Assembly (NCBI GenBank): GCA_030141605.1
Contig: JAQGDQ010000009.1
Span: 1,116,001 to 1,180,000, forward strand
Length of the DNA stretch: 64,000 nt
Direction of reading: 5' to 3'
Origin: Tubiluchus corallicola
Lineage: Eukaryota > Animalia > Priapulida
Shown in pieces: positions 15,001 through 26,453 of the stretch. The notes beneath the pieces were generated by a model, which had not been told where the DNA came from, made no database searches, and saw only the letters and a program-made list of their open reading frames with translations. The translations under genes and the position numbers were made by a program. Position 1 is the stretch's first letter; each line of letters begins with the position of its first letter.

Positions 15001-17333
15001 TCACAGTGTCTGACAACAGTACATAGAGTACAAGACAACATATAAATGTAATGTCTATTGGCTTCACATAGGTACATGTGGAAATACTAAATGATACTTG
15101 ACAAACCCTGCAAGTCTGGTTCAGCAGCAAAGCAGTTGTGAATGGAAACGGCAAAGATCAGCACCTGCAAAGCATCAATAAAAGTGCAAATATGTGCAGT
15201 AATATTTAGAAACCTAGAAACTTAATGGCAAAGAACACGTTTTTTTAAGAATCCGATAGTGCAAAACATCACCGTCTATATTTTTATTTTCAGTTACAGT
15301 ACCATTCTAAGCTAGAATTTGATAATTTTTTGTAATATGTATACCCAGCCTTAGATTAATAATTAAGGGCAAGCAAAAACAATTTGAAGAGATGGCACTT
15401 GGATATTGTGAACAATTATCCTCAAATATGATTTTAAGTCTTAAACAGTTTCATAAAAGTACAATTTGAGTGAGGTACGACCTGGTCTACTTTCTAGGCA
15501 ATCAGACTCGAACTCCAAAATCCAAGGTGTGACTACGTTCATTACACTTTTACTGATAAGTTAATATATTAAGCATGCTTTCATCCATGTGCTTTGAGTT
15601 TTAAGGTAATGTAAGTCTGATATATGGATGGCCAAGCACTCATGTTAGCTGCTACCGATCACAATGTACAATTCCTTCATTTTAGAGTTGTATATGCTAA
15701 ATCCTTTTGCAGTATATGTATATCAGTAGTTTACGAACTCTGGCCTTTTTTGTTAATTCAAGAGCTTCAAGTAATCCTATAGAAAGAAAAGATTTCTGAG
15801 GTAATCTTACTCCTAGGGTAAAATGAGATACATGCAGTAGATTTATATATTATTTAATTACATATTGTAATACCTACCATTATATATTTTTCTAAATTCA
15901 AAATTCAAATTTTTTATCAAATGAGTTTGTGTTGTCTTTGTGGCTAATTAAAAAACAAAATACTTTACTCGCAAACATCAGGTAAAATCTCTGCAGTACG
16001 ACATGCCAGTTTTTCTGACATTACAGTATAGGCTAAGCTTAAGATGAAAATTTACTGACAGTTATTTGTGATATTAAACTAACAAAACTGGTCTAAAATT
16101 GACTTCCACAAATGCAACAAGCTGCAAACTGTTCAATAATTATTCAATGGAAGCCTATTGTCAGAGGAATGAATAACCCTCATGCAAAGTGGCAAAGGAG
16201 CTCTTTGGGTGACAATTTTGGAAACACGGATACATCCTGGTCCAGAAAGATCATGGCAAAGACCGTGACATGATACGCACAATTAAATTCAAATGAGTCA
16301 CGAATAACTGGCTATTTCCATGGCAATGGTAGTTCTCTTTACCCGTTTGCATATTTGCTGTTTTCATTGCTGGTTGCATTTGCATGCTTGCTGTACAGTT
16401 TCATAAGTCTTCGGAAATTGATCTCACTGAGGACACACCCCCAGCTACTATGACAGCTTATTAAGTACGAGTAAATTGCCACTTATATAAACAAGCCAGC
16501 TGCAACACGAAGTCATGGACATTTGTACCTGAGCAATATATGCGTAACTAAGGGCAAAAATTAGACGATGCAGCATTTTTATAAAATTTAAGCATTAAAG
16601 GCCAGTCGGTATCTAGATTGATTAGTGAATTGAAAGTTAAGCTATAATATAAATGTTTAACTAAAGAATAACAACTATGGGCACTAGAACAATAAAAAAT
16701 TTAATAGTAATGCTTAAATAATTTTGTAAACCCACCACCTTTTACAGGTACAAAACTAGTGCTTGCAAAAATCAATACCTTTTATACACACCAATCATGG
16801 GCCCAAGCAGTAGTGAAAATGTTAAAATTAATCATTGGTGGTCGAATTAGGCTTCCTAAGCGATGAGTGAAATTTAAAACCCATTTTGGCTTTTTAGCAT
16901 ACAATAATCACAAATAGGAATGTTGTTAAATTTTAGCCAACAAAAAAGTTGAAAGCACATTATTTTATTTGAATCTCTACTGCAGCCATTAAATAAATAT
17001 GCACAGCCATGTATACAAACAAAAGCACTGTACATAGCATGTGACTCAAGCAGGGGGTATCTGCAACATTTCACAAATATTCACTCAAGCAATGCCATTG
17101 ATGCATTTTATTTAAAGCAACTCAGCTCTTTAAATAAACACACATACTTGTCTCACATGGCAAAAAAACACACATGAAATATAGTAACGTGAAGTTTTTC
17201 TGCTTCTTCCATTTTACCATTATTCAAAATTCAACAAAAATGCTTACATATACAAGAATTGCTACTTATAAATAAAACTAGTACTTACTAAAATAGGTGA
17301 TATCACAGAAAAAGCAACAGATGTCTGCGCCAT
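1..17333 (-). CDS. Multi-FN3 secreted/cell-surface protein (receptor-type tyrosine phosphatase-like ectodomain), 3'-truncated at window edge
   Basis: Frame-consistent GT-AG exons on minus strand: 17333-17289 (MAQTSVAFSVISPIL), 15164-15098 (VLIFAVSIHNCFAAEPD; with the previous exon forms a signal peptide), 14752-13859 (3 FN3 plus a remnant), 10571-10278, 8966-8772, 7975-7865, 6311-6027, 4911-4717, 2581-2474, 1680-1402, 155-<1. All introns after the signal peptide are phase 1. FN3 hallmarks (LxW..P, Y.V.Y, L.P.T.Y.F.V.A) and many NxS/T sequons. No TM or phosphatase domain in the window, so the family assignment is tentative. Confidence 0.85.
2076..2372 (-). mobile_element. RTE-clade LINE 3' fragment
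   Basis: Minus-strand translation WSTKIKTGRLRWVGHLIRLPE...KRPPGKIKINW matches the RTE ORF2 C-terminal RLRWxGHxxR...KRPxGRPxxxW pattern; ends in a short (AGA)n-like tail. Confidence 0.75.
3115..3810. mobile_element. pogo/Tigger-like non-autonomous element, degenerate copy
   Basis: Collinear similarity to 40993-41523 over about 500 bp (gctta[a/g]taaatccacctt; gtgtaaaatgtg[a/c]ttagaacaaagatgct). Right boundary uncertain. Confidence 0.6.
5150..5520 (+). mobile_element. Degenerate LINE (CR1/L2-group) ORF2 C-terminal remnant
   Basis: ORF 5109-5699 contains YLPDLENVTNRQSL...TKFRIAS, resembling the YL..I.N...R..LTKFRxS motif of LINE C-termini; intronic and antisense to the host gene. Confidence 0.4.
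11990..12330 (-). mobile_element. Degenerate DNA transposon ORF C-terminus (Academ-like)
   Basis: Minus-strand frames give DDTLYHHVER...HCQ...QPSP, then after a frameshift IGHDRENINGKCRPVCHILPA, then a stop and an acidic tail. This resembles the HPSPIGHGWE..NGKCRPVRHT.PA segment I recall from XPG-nuclease-bearing transposon proteins. Recalled resemblance, not searched. Confidence 0.4.
13870..14670 (-). repeat. Intra-exonic tandem repeat of 258/261-nt FN3 units
   Basis: Anchor tcaggtgtttc[a/g]agtctagtt recurs at 14641, 14383 and 14122; the first two units are highly similar at nucleotide level. Confidence 0.9.
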
Positions 17334-20300
17334 GTCTGCTAAACTAAATCAATGACTGCCTTAAAATGAACTTTGAGCTGCCAATACTTCCTCGTACAGT
17401 GCTGTAAAACATGCAAATACAACTGATATTAGTATTTTATGACTGTGATACTGCTTGACACATAGAGCTAACTAAATATTCAATGCTGATTAACTATTGG
17501 CTAACACATGTCTTACTAACATTTCAAAAGTATCCTATCACCAGTTAGTCCATCAGGCTTAGATAAAAAAACTAAGTGTTGTCATATTGGCAAAATATCT
17601 TTACGAAGTTTGCAAATGTAGAAATAAAAGTATATAATAAATAGCACACTCATTAAGTGATAAACTTTTTTATTATTTCTTGTACAGAAAAAACTTATAC
17701 TCATAGATGCATAGCTTTTAGTAAAAACTCTGTGACAAACGTCATTTTGCTGCTAGACATCTTACAGCACTCGAATGTAGTTTCTCTACAAAGCAAGTTA
17801 AAAGTACATAAATTACAGACAAAGGATTAGCATAAATTAGACCTTTATACCTAAAAATTCATATACCCGATGATGTGTAAAAATTCACATACCCATTTAA
17901 AGTATAGCATTAATGGCCTAGCTAATACAAAGGTAATGCACTTATGAGATAAGTTACAAAGAAGACAGAAGCAGTATTGCATTTAAATTGAGTTATTTTA
18001 ACTTATAACAACAAAGTCATACAACAAATAATAAATTGCTTGCAGAAGTCACAGAAGTATAACATGCAGCATATAAACCAATACTTCTAAAATGAAATTT
18101 AAGGAGAAATGTAAAAGCACCAATTACCAGAAGGGGCTAGGTATAATACCAGCAGACAACTTTCATGAAAACATTATTTTACCCACATATTTTTATTTTC
18201 AGGCTTGTAGGATGCTGTCCAAGAAAGAGAACATTATTTATAAAGAAGATTATTATAATCCTAATGTCGAGAGCATTATTATTGTTGATGTTATTTATGT
18301 TACACGATAATTTTTTAACATCAAGACCTCGAGGCTGCACACTAGTAAACAGGCCAAACTATAGCCTGCAGCCTACATGTAATTCTTAAAATTTCATTTA
18401 CTTAAATAATTAGTTGGTTTAATTTATTTAATTAGAAAATTTCATTATAGGAGTTTTAAAAGAATAAACAGGCTTTCAACACAATTGTACTAAGACCACC
18501 AGGCTCACCATATTGTGAACTTTTTAAACCTGTCTCAATGTTTGGTAATCCAAAAATCTTACTAACGTTAACTTATTTATTTATAATAGACATAAAAAAC
18601 AAATAAAGATTGTTACTATGTATACAACAAAGTACAAATGCATAACGAAATTAAAACGCTCTTTGTTTTAATGCACAAAACATAGTTCTAATAAATTCTT
18701 CAATCGTAGCATCACTAACACCTCTGCAACACAGATGAATGATTTGCTGCAATGAATGATTTTAAATTATATGCTGAAAAACTTACAAGTTATTAAGTGT
18801 TTGTAAATGATGTAATATTTCTTTCCAGGAACACAGTAAGAGCACATAATAAATAATACACAATTTTGTGGAGTTTACAAGCCTATAAAAAAGTGCCCTA
18901 AGAAGAACGAGAGTTATTTTAAGAAGTTTTTGCCATCTTAATGAGTCTTCAGATTTTTCCCTTCAAGTTTGCTGTTTTAACAGTTTTATTAATCGTGCAG
19001 TTTCAAAGTGGTAATTGGTAATGACAGACTGGTGGCATTGTTGCATCTCTAAACTGGGAGACATGAGTTCAAGAATCAACAGATACATGGGTACCACTGG
19101 TTCTTCGAACAAGCATACAGATTTATTGAAGTAACATACAGGTAGAAAATCTAGCACGCTACTTTAATTAATATAAACAGCTGTATACAAGGAGCTGTAT
19201 TTGCAACTCGTGAACTGTAAGTACTTGGCTAACGAATGTATGGCAGCCAATGAATTCATAATCACTGTGTTCACCAATAGGAGTTTAAAAAACAATAGAA
19301 TCGAGTTTGGCAACTTGCCATTTAGCGAAGTTTCGCTTTAAAGGGGGAATATCATGAAAATCAAGTTAAACTTATTTTATAGTTACCTTCCCGGAGAACA
19401 ACTTAGCAAAAATGTTTTAGCAGTATGTTGTCTAACTAATGAGTAATTAACTTTTTTGTATCTCACAGGAAATGCCATGGAGCTGCACTTACGCCTCTCC
19501 CGGTGAAAAAATTGAACTAGCGCAGCTCGGGCTGATGACGTAACAAAGTGTGCCAGCAGCTTGGTGTGATACCGTTCACACACAACTGGGCTAAAAATAA
19601 AGCTGTTATTACTACATTACAGCATCTGGCCTTGGTTCGGGTAGGTGGTCAGCTGATAGAAACGATTGTCGTTGCGTTCGTTAACATGTTTTCATCAAAA
19701 GCGATATATTTTACTACCGTCGAAAGTTTTAGGTCCATTATAGCATATTCTAATAAAGTGTAAACAATCATTGTGCAAAAGTAGGCCTACAGCATATTGT
19801 GAAAATTCTTGTGGCATTAATTGAAAACATCGTCAGCAATACAAGCTGCAAAAGTGTGGGCCTTGGTAACAAAAGTTCTTTTCTTGTAAAACAAGTCCGA
19901 TATAGTAACTTCATTCTGCTAGAAGAATTAATGAATTTGTAAACACAGAGAAACTCATTGAGGCATAACTATAATGCTAGTGTGACAATTTTTAGTGACA
20001 GCTTCATTTTATCAGCCTTGACAAAAACTATGTGAACCCCATGGACACAAAGACTATAACATATTAGCAGCAGAGTTATTGATTAAACATATATGAACAT
20101 TTTTAACTTAGTCGTGTTTCAGTTAGTTAAATCAGTTTAGCCTTTGCTCAAGGCAACTGTCTTTTACCTAATTTGAAGCACTAAAACACTGCCTGTTGCA
20201 TTATATTGTACTAAAATGCTGCTAGTAATGTAGACCTGTAATATTAACATTTTTGTTTCAAGGCAGACCTCTAAATGTCATGGTCTTTCTCTCAAGTGAT

Positions 20301-20639
20301 ATATTAAAACTCTTTGTGATTTACAGTGCAAATCATCCGTGTTACTGTGACCGAAGCCGATTTCACTGAATATTATCTTTGACCCAAATCTTATATCTAT
20401 AGCTGAGATAGTAGCGATATACCATCCAATTTAATCAAAACTGAACAGTGCATCTCTGTATCCAGCTCAGTCACCCATATTTTCGGGAAATGGTGCAGTC
20501 TTCCCTTTATGTGTTGGACTTCGACCAGTGCAGACATGCAATACACTTCCATCGCAAAAGTGCATGAGAAAGCATTTATCACTTTTAACCGGAGCTGGTA
20601 TGTCGTTAAAAATATTGACTTGTAGGCGATATACTGTCT

Positions 20640-20740
20640 AATATTTAAATATCTGATTATATAACACCGAGATGCCAGTAACTAGTTGCGTCGGAGCGAT
20701 TGCCTCTGGCATGAATAAACTATTATTATTAACTTGTTGT
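20640..20740 (+). mobile_element. Possible retroposon 3' tail
   Basis: Short GC-richer segment followed by tggcatgaataaac(tat)n, typical of CR1/L2 3' ends. Confidence 0.35.
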
Positions 20741-20960
20741 TAGTGTATCGAACTTCAATTGGTATGTTATTTACCATGTTAAAGTCAACATAGAGGGCAC
20801 ATACAATCCGAGTGCAAGTTCATACATGGAATTCTCAGCCTTTCTGTCTGCAAGCTGCTGCTATACAGAGAGTCTTAGCTGGCTCAGCCCTACCAGCTAT
20901 AGCTTTATGGTTTACTATGTCATAATTCTCTATTACTGACAGAAATCGCCAGTGCCTTAC

Positions 20961-21581
20961 TTGCGCTGCCTATGTACAACACTGCTTTTCCGTAAACTTA
21001 GCACATGTGCTTTAACAAAAGTGTCCTACTCCAGCTGGTAACGTACTCCGCGCCCGACAATTGCACAGGAGTGGCACTATGGTAAAACTCACCCTCAATG
21101 CGTTAGCGCTTATGCAGTTATTGTACAAAAATAGCACCCGGCTCACACTTACCATCAAGGGCCTCAACGCGTTAACCACTCATGCAGTTGTTGCACACAT
21201 GCCGCACTGTAGTCACATTACTAATACTATTCTTACTGAGTCTTGAATTTAATTATAGTGAATAGAATTTGCAAAGATACTACTTGATTGTGTTCCTGGT
21301 CATCGCCTTTTAAAAATAATTTTACAAAAATACTTTAAATTTAGCTTATCTACTTTACGTTAAATTACTTCGTGCTAACAATTCTCACGTAATTTTTGGG
21401 AGTTCAGGACTTCATGACTCATGTGATCGTTTGCTTAGCAAGACGGTATGCCTTCACCGGATGCTCACGAACAGCACTCGGTAACAACAAGGTTTCGGTT
21501 AATACTTTACCGTTACCGTACACGGTGAATAGTTTGTGTGAAGAATTTTTCACTGAAAATTTAGTGCTTTCAGAGTAGGAG
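20961..21581. promoter_or_regulatory. Candidate CpG-rich (bidirectional) promoter with non-coding first exons
   Basis: CpG-rich against a CpG-poor background; strong plus-strand donor GAG|gtaagc after 21581; minus-strand donor CAA|gtaagg at 20961/20960; AP-1 site atgactcat at about 21414. Both flanking genes need an upstream non-coding exon. Confidence 0.45.
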
Positions 21582-22024
21582 GTAAGCCTAATTTTTTTGT
21601 ACGTTTAATGACAGTTCAGCTGACGTGAAAAGAAGAAGACCTAATATGTTCTTCGCTTATCTGTAAATGCTAACTGCTCACGCTATTGTAACTTAAGTAG
21701 CGTAATACTAATACAGCTTGAGACTTGAGCGGCGCGTTATATGCCAGCCATTGACTAGTGTCGTTAAATGGTTTTAATTCACTGGTATAGAGTCAGCGGT
21801 ATACATTGCGAAATTACTAGGCGTGCTTCATTATTCATATCAAAATATGGTATAGATTGATAAAATCGCAAGAATGCTCAATTTTTCTATGGTATAACGT
21901 CGCTGCTGTATGTCGGACTATATTGAACAACATTACAGATTTTATACTAGATGGGCATTCTCGCTTTAGTCGATATCTTTGTGTACTGCTTCGCCTTGTA
22001 ACTCCTTGTCATGTCGTGGTATAT

Positions 22025-22500
22025 AGTAGTACTAGTAGTACTAGTAGTAGTGGTAGTGGTTGTGGTAGTAGTAAAGTTTTATTTTCAGTCGGTTAGTAGT
22101 AATTTAACATGAAACATTAGCTAATATAGCTAAATTCCAGCAATGGATGATATGATGTGATGACATATGTGCAAATAAACAGTTTCATTAATGTTACTTG
22201 TTTTTTCCACACAGCCATTGTATCTTCTTATTCAAATCTGTACAGTTCGACAAGTGTTACACACATTGCAGTCACTGCTACACAATTCATTTAAATTGGT
22301 AGATATAACTGATTTATAAGCAGTGATATCAGTAATTGCTTTCATTTTATGAGGCAGGTTGTTCGACGAGTTAGCTCCTTCATATTTGACAGAGCTTTTG
22401 CCATAAGTAATGGTATTATAATGAGGTATTTGTAAATTGTCAGAAGAACGTAGATCATACAAAACAATTCTTTTTAAATACATTCCCTGACGTACATGGT
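22025..22500 (-). mobile_element. CR1-clade LINE 3' end
   Basis: Translation YDLRSSDNLQIPHYNTITYGKSSVKYEGA...NNLP..MKAITDITAYK fits the CR1 ORF2 terminus, followed on the minus strand by ccgactgaaaataaaac and a (CTA)n-like tail. Confidence 0.75.
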
Positions 22501-25088
22501 CCAACTCGGTTAACATGCTTGAATGTTTATACAGCTAGACTATGCAACCTAAACTCCTGCAGGGAATGAGAGCCTGTTTGCTAGTTGCATAAGACGGTTT
22601 GTAAAGTATTTTGAACAATATTTAGCACCACAGTACATAGCACATCGACGCATGGTGCCCACTACACAGTGAGGCAGTCTGTGACACTGTGACTTATAGC
22701 GAGGCATAGCTTCATGCTTTGTAGGTGTGTTAGTGTTAGTGTTAGATTCTGTAACTAGACATGCGACCGAAGGTTGACAAAGGCATAAGTGAAAACTGCT
22801 CATGACTTTTTGTAGCCTTCAATAGATAGCAACAACAAGTATATCCAGCAAACAGCAACTGCACTGACCCAAGATTTTCTGCCACTACTAGAAAAGCAGT
22901 TTACGTCTCATTTCTGTCGTCGATTATTTTCGTGGTTGTCCACATAAGTGATGTTTGCGTGATATTGCTCAGCTCATTGCAGCTTTGTCCAGAACATAAA
23001 CATGTAAAGAATATCTAGTGAGACAATAGTTTCACTAGTTGTTGTATGGAGCAATATTATGTGCACAAGTAGGAAAATTTTGATTTGCAAACAAACGAAG
23101 CATTGATCCAAGCCATCAGTCAGAAGCTGAAAAAATGCAAAGTTAAAAGAAAAAGATTACGGTTGAACAAAACCTACAAATTTTTCTGTAACCTTTTAAC
23201 CAGCACTGAAAGAATTGTCTACAAAGTTTGCAATGGCTAATGTCATCTGAAGCTTAAGTTTATGTGCTGATACTATTTTATTGCTTTTTTTTATTATTGG
23301 TACTCTTTATTGCTGAAAAAAATGTTACATACAGTGTAAACATCAAATTAAAATCATATTTACATTAAAATATGTGCATAGCCAGTTTATAAAACCTCAT
23401 AAAAGCAATAGTGTCATTATTAGTAAGCCTATGCATTCAAATTAACACTAAACTAAATTAAAACTACTAACTGGAAAAATGTCAGATCTGACAAATGGCA
23501 TGCAAATAGCAATATATATATATGCAACGGACTTTGCAAAAACTGAAATCATAACAGGCTCAATATATAGTACGAAAATTTTAAGAAAAACTTAAGGTTA
23601 CTCAAAAAGTTCAAAATATTTTTTTCAAAGCTATTGATTGTATGTTTTGCTTAATTGATTATAAAATTGTCCATAATAAGAAAAAATGCAGACGAATAGA
23701 ATTCTGCTGTGTTCTATCTCAGTTGAATGTCAGATGCTAGATAAAACTTACAGTTTATGTGGTTGCTTTTACTTTTTAAGTAAAGTGAAAAGTTGCTGAA
23801 AAACTTAATGGCCCAAAGTTTTTTATAGCCAGTATGACACATAACAGAAATACTGTGCAATGGGAAATGTCTTATATTTATTAGAAATAATAAATGTAGT
23901 GCGCAACACTGACATAAAATAAAAAAACAATTTAATAAGATTTCGTAAATGTGCAGCCAATGATATTCAATATGCAGGAACTGACTAAATCAGTATAAAC
24001 CACTAAACCTTGAACCCTTACATAAATTAACAATGATAGTGTTTAGATTGTGTGAGATCAAAGGTCTAAGTACTGCTGCGTTTCGTTAGTTTAAAGATTA
24101 TAGAAATATGTAATATAAGTGCCCTTAAATAAATAAAACAATAATGAAGAATTTCTTAATGTAAATTCAGAATTTTCTTTTGTGAATTTGCTGTAGGCAT
24201 TAATTTTCTCATTGAAGCAGTGCTGTATACAACAATGTTGGAAATCTTGTATTTACCAGCTATTTCTTTTTTTATTATTACAGTAGTTGTCATTTATTAG
24301 ACTCACTGAATAGAATTAGTCACCTAATTGACTCAAAAACGTCTGGTATGGGCCGGGCCGCTCCTTTTCAAATGTATATAAAAACTGCCCGCAGTTGACT
24401 CAAATAAATTACATAATTGACTCAATATTTTTGCTTCATGTGCTTTCAATAAGACACTTTTGTGTGGCCAAAGAGCTTTCGTTACTTTTATTTTTCTCTT
24501 TCATTTCTTCTTGTTTTTTTATATTTTCCTTTTTTGTGCACTATAATATGTATAGAAATAATCACGTGTAGCACCATTTTGTTGTAAGCAGGTATGTTTA
24601 TCATGCACTAATATGCTAATGTAGTATTTTTGCTGTGGACTGTCACTCATTCTTCCACTGCAATTAACTTCGTTGCCCGAGAATTTATGGAAGTTAAGCT
24701 TTAATCGCCTGCCTAGTAGTTTCCTTTTGAAGCTCTTGCTGCTTTTCACGTAATGTTTAAATCAGTTAAGGCTCACATAAAAGCCAACTTTTAAATCTGT
24801 CGCTGCTTTTGCAGTACTTACTAAGCATAAGAGTCATGACTTGTACTTCTGTACTAGTAATGCTACATCCGTTAGATACAGTCAGTTAATTGGGCCAAAG
24901 CATTTCCATCCCAAAATGGTGCCTACTGTATTTGGTGTTCTATTCTGAGATGTCCAATAAAATACTTGGTTAAAAATTCATTACCACATTTTAGTATTAT
25001 TTTTAATTCAGCTCTAGATGTCTTAGGCAATCACCAAGCAGTTTTAATGAACTTCCATGGTGTGCTGGGTTGAATTTGTTGTGGATAA

Positions 25089-26453
25089 ATGGCTGACAAA
25101 ATTCCTTCGACAATTTCAAATCTCGCGAGACCAGTCGTGTTTAATGGATATATCGATTCGTGGAAAGCAATGTCATGGTCTCCAGAGGTACTTGCTGCAG
25201 CTTTGAATGACTCAAAACTGTGCATTAGAATTGGATCAAAGAATGGGGATGTTCAGTTTGAAGCCAGTTGTGCCTATGAAGAAGCTTCTATAAAAAACCT
25301 TGTTGATTGGGTGAATAATGATATTTCCGTTTCATCCAACAATCCTCTCAGTAAGTACAGTGCAAGTGACCACTGGGCATATGCAGATTACAAATATTTC
25401 CCTAGCATTTTTGCAGATAAGCCAGAACAGCTAAATGCAGTAGATTGGACCACATTTGGATTTACTGAACCGCACAGTGAAAAAAGTACATTTTGGATGG
25501 GAACGGCAGGGGCATTTACTCCCTGTCATTACGACACATTTGGGTGCAATCTGGTTGCTCAGATTTATGGGCAGAAGAAGTGGACATTGTTTCAGCCCGA
25601 AGACACTGTATACCTGTATCCCACACGAGTGCCCTATGAAGAATCTAGCATATTTAGCAGTATCAATTTCAACAATGTAGACTTGGAGAAATATCCTTTG
25701 ATTAGACTGGCAACTCCATATGTGGTAACACTTCAGCCTGGTCAAGTGTTGTATGTTCCTCGACACTGGTGGCACCTTGTGGAGTGTTTGGACACTAGTG
25801 TGAGTGTAAATTTTTGGATTGATATGCCATCATTGGACAATGAAGAGCGTATTAGGGAAGCAATAACTAGGATCATCATGTCAGCAATGATGAGTGAAGT
25901 GCCGGATGAACAGTGGGTGAATCCTACAGAAAGTATCTGTTCTCATTCAGAGAACATGGACCTACTGTATGCTGCATTGTGTCAAGTACAAGATACTGAA
26001 TTATCATCCAGGGAACATAATGTCGCAAAAGAAGTCTTAAAGGGACATCAAAAAACTCAGCATGGATATGGAGATGATGAACTAGCATCTGTCCAATGCT
26101 GCAAAAAACAAAAGTGCTCTGGAGATGGTAAAAAATTTGAGGAGTCTAGTGTTGAAAGTAGCAAACCAAAACAAAGTGTTGATGCATTTCCTTCTAGTGA
26201 CAATAATGAATCAGGAGTGCTGCAAAATTTCCATGGAAGTGACAAAATTGTTTTTGTGCCTATAATGAGTATAGAATCATTTCTTGCAGAAAAATGCCAA
26301 ACTTTTCATTCTTCTCAACTAACTGTGGATAAGAGCAGTGATACCAAACGTAAAGATTATGGTGAAATGACGAACAAGTTAGCAAATGCCATTGTACATC
26401 CTGATGTTATTAAACAGATAACAAAAATTTTCAAAAGCTCTCTAAAACTATGA
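25089..26453 (+). CDS. HSPBAP1: HSPB1-associated protein 1 homolog (JmjC/cupin-like 2OG-Fe(II) oxygenase), intronless CDS, 454 aa
   Basis: Contains GAFTPCHYDTFGCNLVAQIYGQKKW (HxD), LYPTRVPYEESSIFS, TLQPGQVLYVPRHWWHLVE (distal His) and ERIREAITR, all matching HSPBAP1 signatures as I recall them. Splice acceptor tttttaattcag ends at 25011. AATAAA signals near 26967 and 27095. Confidence 0.93.
   Translation: MADKIPSTISNLARPVVFNGYIDSWKAMSWSPEVLAAALNDSKLCIRIGSKNGDVQFEASCAYEEASIKNLVDWVNNDISVSSNNPLSKYSASDHWAYADYKYFPSIFADKPEQLNAVDWTTFGFTEPHSEKSTFWMGTAGAFTPCHYDTFGCNLVAQIYGQKKWTLFQPEDTVYLYPTRVPYEESSIFSSINFNNVDLEKYPLIRLATPYVVTLQPGQVLYVPRHWWHLVECLDTSVSVNFWIDMPSLDNEERIREAITRIIMSAMMSEVPDEQWVNPTESICSHSENMDLLYAALCQVQDTELSSREHNVAKEVLKGHQKTQHGYGDDELASVQCCKKQKCSGDGKKFEESSVESSKPKQSVDAFPSSDNNESGVLQNFHGSDKIVFVPIMSIESFLAEKCQTFHSSQLTVDKSSDTKRKDYGEMTNKLANAIVHPDVIKQITKIFKSSLKL

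Noticed and set aside
20326-20597. Exon-like segment with plus-strand acceptor and donor
   Set aside because: Stops in all three frames and adjacent to a retroposon-like tail; no evidence for a coding gene.
24279-24930. GC box tgggccgggccg as the HSPBAP1 promoter
   Set aside because: Lies within a tacagt...actgta-bounded segment resembling the pogo-type MITEs, so a TE origin is as likely; not supportable either way.
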